Origin: an uncultured Phycisphaerales bacterium
GTDB lineage: Bacteria > Planctomycetota > Phycisphaerae > Tepidisphaerales > Tepidisphaeraceae
NCBI GenBank assembly: GCA_963755915.1
Contig: CAVWLP010000002.1
Coordinates: 3,072,001-3,136,000 of the forward strand
DNA length: 64,000 nt
Direction of reading: 5' to 3'
A model generated the notes under the pieces. The model did no database searches, was not told the DNA's origin, and was given only the letters and a program-made list of their open reading frames with translations. The position numbers and the translations under genes are program-made. Shown one piece after another: positions 32,085 through 40,200 of the stretch; the stretch's first letter is position 1, and every line of letters starts with the position of its first letter.

Positions 32085-33513
32085 GGAGAACTCCCTTCAA
32101 AGAAGGTTGTTGGATTGGCGGCTGTGAGTCATTTGAAGCCTTGGCCGCCTGGGTCAGATCACGAATGGGCAGGGAGACCCAGAACGTGGCGCCCTGCTGG
32201 GGCTTGGAATCGATCCAGATGCGGCCGCCGTGCATGCCGATAATCCGGACCACGATGGCCAATCCCATGCCGCTGCCTTCCTTGTCGGTCCGCAGCCGCT
32301 TGAACGGCTCCAGAATCTGGGCATGGTGGGCGGGATCGATGCCGTTGCCATTGTCGCGAACGTAAAACTGGTGTTCTTTTTCGGTGCTCACGCAACCGAC
32401 GGTAATGCGCGGGTGCGGATTGTCGCAGCCATATTTCATGGCGTTGGTGATGAGGTTCTCAAAAACTTCGGTGAACCAGCGGGCATCGGCTAGAACGTGT
32501 GGGAGCTTGGTCTCAATTTCAAAAGCCGCGTTTAGCTTCTCGAAGCGCGGTTTGAATTCTTCGCCGATTGAATGCAGCAGGGAATCGGCATCGACGTCAA
32601 CCAGCTCGAAGCGCACCTTGCCGATCTTGCTGAGATTGAGCAGATCTTCGATCAATTGCCGCATGCGGGTGGCGGAGCGTTCGATGCGGTCGATCGAGTC
32701 GATGGACTCGTCCACTCGGCCTGCCTTAACGTCGTCGCGCAACATGCCGGTGAGGCCAAGGCAGGTTACGACGGGGCTCTTCAGATCGTGGGAAACGGTG
32801 TTGAGGAACTGTTCCATTTCCTGGTTTTTCTGAGCCAGTTCAGCGGTGCGCTGCTCGATCACCCCTTCAAGCTCGGCGTGAATGCGTCGCATCTCAAGTT
32901 CAGTCTTTCGGCGCTGGACGATTTCGCGCTGAAATTCGACGGGACTTCGCAACGTGGCGACTTTGGGCACTGTGGGGACGAAGACCATGACCGTTGCCAG
33001 GGACAGCAGCGCGGCGGCGGCGAGGACCAGAGTGGCCAGGCGATATGCCGGCCACCAGAACATCAAGCCGTCGAGGAGATGGGTCGCGCCGCCGGCGATG
33101 AAGAAGATGGCGGATATCCAAAAGAGCCAGGAAAATGGAGCGCCGCGTCGGAGGCGATAGACGTGCCACAGGGCCGCGCCGATTACGCCGTAGGAGGCCG
33201 CGATGAGCAGATCGGCCGCGATATGCAGCCAGGCGTGGGGGGTTGCCCAGGTTTCGGTTTGCCATCGGGGACGAAAACCGGCGGTGTCGAAGGCATTGTG
33301 CACGAAGGCGATGGCGGCATTCGCGCCGGCGGCGAGATTGTGATCGGCGGAAACCGCGCGGGGCAGGGGAGGAAGCGTAGCGTGGCCTCCGTCGCTTGCC
33401 GCTGCCACCGCGGCCAGGACGATCGTCAGGATAAAAATCCCCAGGGCAACGAGCGGGTGGGCCGGAGGCTTATGTCCGGTCTGGCGGCGAATTTGATTTG
33501 CATCACCCGTCAT
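32074..33513 (-). CDS. Membrane sensor histidine kinase with an ethylene-receptor-like TM input domain
   Basis: H-box SHDLKSP, N-box ENLITNAMKY, DNGNGI and GSGMGL. TM region ADLLIAASY...GATHLL. Confidence 0.9.
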   Translation of the reverse strand: MTGDANQIRRQTGHKPPAHPLVALGIFILTIVLAAVAAASDGGHATLPPLPRAVSADHNLAAGANAAIAFVHNAFDTAGFRPRWQTETWATPHAWLHIAADLLIAASYGVIGAALWHVYRLRRGAPFSWLFWISAIFFIAGGATHLLDGLMFWWPAYRLATLVLAAAALLSLATVMVFVPTVPKVATLRSPVEFQREIVQRRKTELEMRRIHAELEGVIEQRTAELAQKNQEMEQFLNTVSHDLKSPVVTCLGLTGMLRDDVKAGRVDESIDSIDRIERSATRMRQLIEDLLNLSKIGKVRFELVDVDADSLLHSIGEEFKPRFEKLNAAFEIETKLPHVLADARWFTEVFENLITNAMKYGCDNPHPRITVGCVSTEKEHQFYVRDNGNGIDPAHHAQILEPFKRLRTDKEGSGMGLAIVVRIIGMHGGRIWIDSKPQQGATFWVSLPIRDLTQAAKASNDSQPPIQQPSLKGVLHAA

Positions 33514-33525
33514 GGGATTGCGCCT

Positions 33526-33906
33526 TTACGCGGCCCGGCGGCCGTCGATCGCCTCGCGAATCGCTTCCATCACCTGCTTGGCCTGGTAGGGCTTGGCGAC
33601 AAAATTGGTGGCGCCCGCGTCGAGCGCCGCCCGGCGGGCCAACTGGTGCGTGATCGCCGACATGATGATGATCGGGGTCGTGCTGAGGCGGTCGGCTTCG
33701 CGAAGCGTGCGGCAGACCTGCAGTCCGTCCATTCCCGGCATATTGACGTCGAGAATGACAAGCTGCGGCAGGATCTGCTGGGCGGTGGCGACGCCGTCCT
33801 GCCCGTTATAGGCAACGTGCACGCCATATCCGGCCGCCTCGAGGCGAATCTGCAGCGCCTCGACAAGCCTGGGGTCGTCATCAATCAATAGGATCTTGTC
33901 AGACAT
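33526..33906 (-). CDS. Single-domain response regulator (CheY-like)
   Basis: ILLIDDD, ILDVNMPGMDG and FVAKP. Confidence 0.92.
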   Translation of the reverse strand: MSDKILLIDDDPRLVEALQIRLEAAGYGVHVAYNGQDGVATAQQILPQLVILDVNMPGMDGLQVCRTLREADRLSTTPIIIMSAITHQLARRAALDAGATNFVAKPYQAKQVMEAIREAIDGRRAA

Positions 33907-35473
33907 AGCTGAAATTCCTCCCTAGCGCCTCGAAAAGGGCTGCCTGAAGTTCTGCCGGGTCGGCGTTGCGCTTCCACGGCCCGGCGACCTTGATTTCCAA
34001 TTCGGTGGGTTGTTGACCCATGGATCGATAAAAGCGCGCGATGGACTCGCGAATTTTCCCGGACCAGGTGTCGGGATTGCTGCAAATACCGAGCATATTC
34101 ACCGACTGGTCCTCGGCGCTTTGAAGCGCCAGGTCCATCGGATAGGAGCAGGAGGCGATCAGGCGCCTCAGCATCGCCCGGTCTCCATCGCCGCGCCAGC
34201 GAACCTGGAGCATTCTCAGATCATCCGGCTTGTCAACGGCGCGAATGCTTTGCAGGTAGCAGTGTAAAACGCGCATCAGATCGTTTCCCGGCATCGTGAA
34301 ACTGAAGGTGCTGCCTTTGCCGAATTCGCTTTGCACGTCCACTGTTCCAAGATTGAACCAGACCAGTTGCTGGACAATGCTTAGTCCAAGCCCAAAGCCC
34401 TTGGTGCCGGACATCTGCGGAGTTTCGATCTGCTTGAAGCGATCGAAAATGAATTTCAGGTCTTCGGGTTGCAGACCGGGTCCTTCATCGGTGATTCTGA
34501 TGCGGACATCGCCGTCATCCGTCGCGGCGGCGGACAGCTTCAGAGGTTTGCCCTGAGGGCTCACCTTGATGGCGTTGACGGCGAGATTGGTGATCACCCT
34601 GCCGGCCTTGGAAATATCGGCGAAGAAGACTGCTGAGCCGTCGACCTGGGAAATATCGATCGAAATTCCCTTCGGCTGAGCGCGGGCGGTGAGAATGGGC
34701 ACGACCGAATCGAAAAGCTCCTGCACCGAGTGCGGCTCCCGATCGATCGAAAGGGCCCGCGCCTTGAGTTTGCTGGAGTCGAGGAAATCGTCGATCATCT
34801 CGGACATCTCATGGCTGGCGGTCATGATGACGCCGAGATGATCGCGTTGGCGACTGGTGACGGGACCGCCCATGCCGTCTGCAATGATCGACGCGTATTG
34901 ACCGATTACGGTCAGCGGGGTTCTGAGATCATGGGCCACGTCGTCCACAAAACGATGGGCGGTCTCCGTCAGCTCCCTCAAATTCTTGTTGCTCGCCTCC
35001 AGTTCGACGTTCACCAGCTTCAGCTCGCGGGTGAGGGTGTTGTTTCTCGTTTCGAGGCGGTAGCGATGCACCGCTTCGCGAATGGCGCGGCCGAGCAGCG
35101 AGTTCTCCGCGACCGCGTCGGCCTTGGCCAGGTAATTCGCCGCGCCGGCGCGGAATGCCGCCGCGGTCACGTTGGCGTCGTTCTGGTTCGTCAGCAGCAG
35201 CACCGGCCCGACGCCGGCGTTCACCAGCTTGGGAATCCAATCCAGCCCGGTGCAGCCCGGCATGTTGTAGTCGATCAGGATCACGCAGATCGGGTCGGCC
35301 GGGAGGTTCACGACCGCCTCCACCGGATCGGAATAGGTCTTAATTTCCAGTGGGCCGGCGGTCGCGAACTCCGTCCGCTGCGCCTGCAGCCGACGCTGCA
35401 GGACGTGCAGAAAATCCGCATCGTCATCGATCAACACGAGGGTGCGAACCGTGCTTGAATCTTCGGTTGCCAT
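33899..35473 (-). CDS. Cytoplasmic hybrid kinase: N-terminal REC + HisKA/HATPase + C-terminal extension
   Basis: LIDDD, LIDYNMPG, AHDLRTPL, NLAVNAIK, DEGPGL and GFGLGL. Confidence 0.92.
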   Translation of the reverse strand: MATEDSSTVRTLVLIDDDADFLHVLQRRLQAQRTEFATAGPLEIKTYSDPVEAVVNLPADPICVILIDYNMPGCTGLDWIPKLVNAGVGPVLLLTNQNDANVTAAAFRAGAANYLAKADAVAENSLLGRAIREAVHRYRLETRNNTLTRELKLVNVELEASNKNLRELTETAHRFVDDVAHDLRTPLTVIGQYASIIADGMGGPVTSRQRDHLGVIMTASHEMSEMIDDFLDSSKLKARALSIDREPHSVQELFDSVVPILTARAQPKGISIDISQVDGSAVFFADISKAGRVITNLAVNAIKVSPQGKPLKLSAAATDDGDVRIRITDEGPGLQPEDLKFIFDRFKQIETPQMSGTKGFGLGLSIVQQLVWFNLGTVDVQSEFGKGSTFSFTMPGNDLMRVLHCYLQSIRAVDKPDDLRMLQVRWRGDGDRAMLRRLIASCSYPMDLALQSAEDQSVNMLGICSNPDTWSGKIRESIARFYRSMGQQPTELEIKVAGPWKRNADPAELQAALFEALGRNFSYV

Positions 35474-35475
35474 GG

Positions 35476-35967
35476 TTATGCCTCTCCAATTGCCGTTGCT
35501 CCGCTGGCGGCAGTCATCGGGAAATCCGCGGTCTTCTGGGTATTCTCGGCCTCGCCATCACACAGCGCACGCGTCTGCGAAGCCAGTTCCACCATCTTCA
35601 ACAGGCTCGCGAAATTCACCGGCTTATGGATCAGACCGAACGCGCCCAGTTGCTTCGCCCGCACGTCCAGTTGCGGGGAATTCTGCCCTGTAATGTAGAT
35701 TACAGGAATTCCCTGGGTCTCCGGCAGCTTGTTGATGCGCTCGATGACGCCAAACCCATTGCCGCTGCCGCTCAGGATCAGCCGGCTGCCCTCGTCCATC
35801 CAGATATCGATGACCATGACATCGGGCTTGTGCTTCTGGGCATGGGCCACGGCGGCGTCGGCGTTGATGCAGGTGATCACTTCATAGCCATGCACCAGGA
35901 GCTGGATCTCCAGCCCGGAGCGAAGGTCCGAATTGTCATCAGCGATCAAAACTTTTGTCTTTCTCAT
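35476..35967 (-). CDS. Single-domain response regulator with a loop insertion
   Basis: VLIADDN, VIDIWM(DEGSRLILSGSGNG), ITG and IHKP. Confidence 0.85.
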   Translation of the reverse strand: MRKTKVLIADDNSDLRSGLEIQLLVHGYEVITCINADAAVAHAQKHKPDVMVIDIWMDEGSRLILSGSGNGFGVIERINKLPETQGIPVIYITGQNSPQLDVRAKQLGAFGLIHKPVNFASLLKMVELASQTRALCDGEAENTQKTADFPMTAASGATAIGEA

Positions 35968-36024
35968 AAGCGTTCCTCAGTAAGAGTTAATTTTTCCATC
36001 GCATCATTCGTACAATAGGTTTAG

Positions 36025-37233
36025 CTACGGGGCAGGGGCTGATAACTCGCGATGAGCGGCATCGTGGATGTCGTCCACCTGCGGGGTTGAAACGTCCTGT
36101 CCGGCGACCTGGCAGGAAGCCGCCAGCTCCTTCGCCGCGGCGGTGAGGGCTTCGAGCTTGGCAAGGTGGCCGGCGTCGGCCTCGGAGGTAAAGCGCCCGC
36201 GAAATAGGGCCATTTCCTCGCCGGCCTCGTTGAATTTCGCGATAAAACGGCTCAATTCGAGATTGTCCGACTCGACCGAGGTCTGGTCGTCAAACGTCAC
36301 CAGAACGCCTCGGCAGGCGCCGTGGGGATCCACGATGGGTGACGCATTGATCTTCAGCCGGCGTTCATGGCGGCTTCCCACCTGGAGGCGAAGCTGCACG
36401 CCGCGCTGGGGTAAATTGCTCTCCTGGACGGCTTTCCAGGGGTAGGCCTCCGGGTTATTCGGACGGTCCGGAGCCAGCCAAGGCAGCGAAGTCAGGGGTT
36501 TTCCGATTAGACGGTCCACCGGCAGGTAGGCCAGGCGGCCGAAAGCCTGGTTGGCCATCACGATCTGGTCTTCGTTGTCGAGGATGACCATCCCCTCGAC
36601 GAGCGTGTCCATCATGACCTGCATTCGCTGGGGAACCGCTCCTGACGGATCGAGTGTTTTGAGCATCCGCGACAGAAACAGCCAAAAGAGCAAAAAGCTG
36701 GCTCCCAGGATGAAAAATGCCGGCCGCTGGTTTTGCAGCTCGAATGATTTGAAAAACGACTGCTGCTCATGCAGCGGCCGAAACGCGATCTCCAGCCGGC
36801 CCCACGGAACCTTGTTTTCGTAGAGCGCCACGTGGAGGTGCGTGGGCGTGCTTTCATCGCCGGAAGTTCCGGCCCAGTAGATGTCGTGCCCCGGGGTCTC
36901 CATGGCGATCTTTCCGTCCAGCCGGCGCAACGCCGCCGAACAGATTTCCTCGTGGTTGCGCACCAGCCAGTCGAGAAACGCGCGCGCCCCTGGATAATCG
37001 CCTGCGGCAATCTGCGCCGCCACGCGCGACGACGCCATCTCCGCCAGCACGATACGCACGCGCACCAAAGCCGCGTCCTCGCTCGAGACCAGTTGCAGCG
37101 CCTTGGCGAATTGCAGGACGCATGCCAACAGCATCACCAGTCCCAGCACGATTTGCATCGGTGGGCGGACGCCGGCCCGCTCAAGCCAGCGCTGGGGGCT
37201 TATCCAGGTTCTATAAAACTGGCCCAACGTCAT
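36025..37233 (-). CDS. Two-TM membrane protein with periplasmic domain and cytoplasmic PAS; no catalytic output domain
   Basis: TM IVLGLVMLLACVL and FFILGASFLLFWLFL. PAS MDTLVEGMVILD...ANQAF...NASPIVD...GVLVTFDDQT. Start overlaps the upstream stop (ATGA). Confidence 0.8.
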   Translation of the reverse strand: MTLGQFYRTWISPQRWLERAGVRPPMQIVLGLVMLLACVLQFAKALQLVSSEDAALVRVRIVLAEMASSRVAAQIAAGDYPGARAFLDWLVRNHEEICSAALRRLDGKIAMETPGHDIYWAGTSGDESTPTHLHVALYENKVPWGRLEIAFRPLHEQQSFFKSFELQNQRPAFFILGASFLLFWLFLSRMLKTLDPSGAVPQRMQVMMDTLVEGMVILDNEDQIVMANQAFGRLAYLPVDRLIGKPLTSLPWLAPDRPNNPEAYPWKAVQESNLPQRGVQLRLQVGSRHERRLKINASPIVDPHGACRGVLVTFDDQTSVESDNLELSRFIAKFNEAGEEMALFRGRFTSEADAGHLAKLEALTAAAKELAASCQVAGQDVSTPQVDDIHDAAHRELSAPAP

Positions 37234-40200
37234 TCAAGCAATCCCTTCAATTTCGGCTCCTCCTCGGCAGGCTTGCCGGGTTGCTTTGTTTTGCGCGCAC
37301 GCGACGGATCGAGAATCGAGACCGGGTCCACCCATTTCCACGCCGGCAGAGAGGAAAACATGCTGGCGACGAATGAACCGGGGATGAGCAATTGGGCGAT
37401 GATTCCCGTGGTGACCGCAACGGCCGCGGCAATAATTGATTGCGACGCCTCTACCGGCTCCGCGGAAGCGCTCACCGGCGCGGCCAGGCCAACCGGTAAT
37501 GCGGTGTTCGCCTGAGATAGCACGGGCGGTGTTCCCGCGTGTGCTCCCGGCGCCGTCAGCAAAACGGGCGTCGGCAGCGGCGGATCGATTACCACCACGA
37601 TCGGCTGCACCGTTACGGTCACCGTCTGCGTCGGCGTTGTGGGCGTCGTCGGAGTCGTCGGCGGCGTTGGAATCACCGGAACGATGGGGTTGATCGGCGG
37701 CGTCGGAATGATGGGATTCGTGGGCGGTGTCGGCGCGACCGCGGTGATTGTTACGATGCCGGTGCCGCTGTGCAGCAAATCCGCCGTCGCGCGAATCACG
37801 GCGCTGCCGGGATCGGCCGGGGCGGTATATAGGCCGTTCTGATCGATGGTTCCCTCGCCGGGAAGAACGACCGACCACGTAAACGCCGGCTGTGTGGTCA
37901 TCGGCTTGCCAAATTGATCCAGGGCCACCGCGGTGAACTGCTCAGTACCGTCGACGAGAACCGTCGAAGTTGCCGGTGTGACAGTCACCGTTGTCAGCGT
38001 CTGATCGACTACGACGTTTACGCTGCTTTGGGCCGTGTGGGTTCCATCGGAGACGACTACTGTGAACGTATAGTTACCGGACTCGTCGAAAGTGGCGGTC
38101 GTTACGGCCGATGCATCCGTTCCGTTCGAACTGAACAACGGCTTGGCCCCGTTGGGGGAATTGGTAGCGGACCAGGTGTAAGTAAGGCTTTCGACGCCGC
38201 CCAGCTCAGTAGCCGTCACGCTTAGCAAGGTGGTGGTGCCCGTCACGGGGTTGGGGGTCGCCGTTGCCGGGGTCACGATTTCCAGCCCGACATTGTTTGC
38301 GACGGTTACGGAGGCCGTACCGCTGAAGAGCGTGTCTGCGGTCGCGCGCACCGTGGCGGTGCCCGCGGAATCGGGCGCCGTGTAGAGGCCCGAAGAATTT
38401 ACGCTTCCCACGCCAAGCGGATCGATTGACCAGGTGAATCCCGGCTGAGTCGCCATTTGATTTCCGAATTGGTCCAGCCCCGTGGCGGCAAACTGCTGGG
38501 TTTGACCATATCCGAGGCTGGCCGTCGTGGGGGAAACAGTCACTGTCGTGAGCGTTTGCTCGACGGTTACGTTCACGCTGCTATATGTTGTCGCGCTGCC
38601 ATCGGTGATGGCGACCTGGAACGTGTAGTCTCCCGCCTCGTTGAACGTGGCGGTTGTAATGTCTGACAAGCCGCTGCCATTCAGGCTGAAAGTGGGATCC
38701 GCGCCCGCGGGCGCGCTGATGGCACTCCATGTGTAAGTGAGACTCCCCAGCCCGCCCAGATCGACAGCAACAACCGCAAGGACGGTGGTTGTCGCGGTCA
38801 CCGGGTTGGGCGTGGCCGTCGCCGCAACAAGCACCGTCGGCGGGGTGTCGCTGACCGCCACGGATCCCAACGCGCTGTAGAGCGAATCTGCCGTTGCCCG
38901 CACGTCCGCAGTTCCTGTCGAATTCGGCGCCGTGTATAGTCCCGAAGAATTAACGCTTCCCACGCCGAGTGGATCGATCGACCAGGTAAAACCCGGCTGC
39001 GTCGCCATCGGGGCTCCGAATTGATCCAGCGCCGTTGCCGCAAACTGCTGGGTCTGCCGATATCCCAGGCTCGCGCTGCCGGGAGTGACGTTCACCGTTG
39101 TCAGCGTCTGTTCTACGTTAACGTTTACGCTGCTGTATGTGGTCGCATTTCCATCGGTGATTGCAACCTGGAATGTGTAAGCTCCAGCCTCGTTAAAAAT
39201 AACGGTGGTAATGTCTGACAGGCTGCTGCCATTGACGCTAAACGTCGGATTGGCGTTGGCCGGCTGGCTCGTCGCAGTCCAGGTGTAAGTAAGCGTTCCC
39301 AATCCGCCAAGATCGGCAGCGACAACCGTGAGTAGAGTCGATGTCCCAGTGACCGGATTCGGCGTTGCCGTGGCGGGCAAAATCACGGTAGGAGGGGTAT
39401 CGCCCACCGTGACAGATGCCGTGCCGCTGTAAAGAAGGTCAGCCGTTGCTCGCACGGTTGCGTTTCCGGATGTCGCCGGGGACGTGTAGAGCCCCGAAGT
39501 GCTGACGCTCCCGACCCCCAGCGGATCGATTGACCAGGTGAACGTCGGTTGCGTGGCCATTGCGTTGCCGAACTGGTCGAGTGCGGAGGCTGCAAATTGC
39601 TGCGTCTGGTTGTACCCAAGACCGGCGGTCGTTGGAGAGACTGTGACAGTCGTCAGTGTTTGCTCGACCGTCACGTTCACGCTGCTAAAGGTCGTCGCGC
39701 TGCCATCGGTGATGGCGACTTGGAAGGTGTAATCCCCGGCTTCGTTAAAAGTAACAGTCGTAATGTTGGAGAGGCTGCTGCCGTTGAGGCTGAAGGATGG
39801 ATTCGCATCTGCCGGCTCGCTGGTGGCGCTCCAGGTGTAGGTCAGTGTCCCCAGCCCGCCCAGATCGGCAGCAACGACGGTAAGAACAGTCGTTGTGCCG
39901 GTCACCGGGTTCGGTGTCGCCGTCGCGGGAATGATTACGGTAGGGGGGGTATCGCCGACAGTGACCGATGCGGTGCCGCTATAGAGTGTATCGGCCGTGG
40001 CGCGCACCGTTGCAGTTCCAGATGTCGCCGGGGAGGTGTAGAGCCCCGAAGTGCTGACGCTCCCCACGCCCAGTGGGTCGATCGACCACGTGAACGTCGG
40101 CTGCGTGGCCATCGCATTGCCGAACTGGTCCAGCGCGTTGGCCGTGAATTGTTGCGTCTCGTTGTACCCAAGATTCGCAGTCGAGGGAGATACCGTAACG

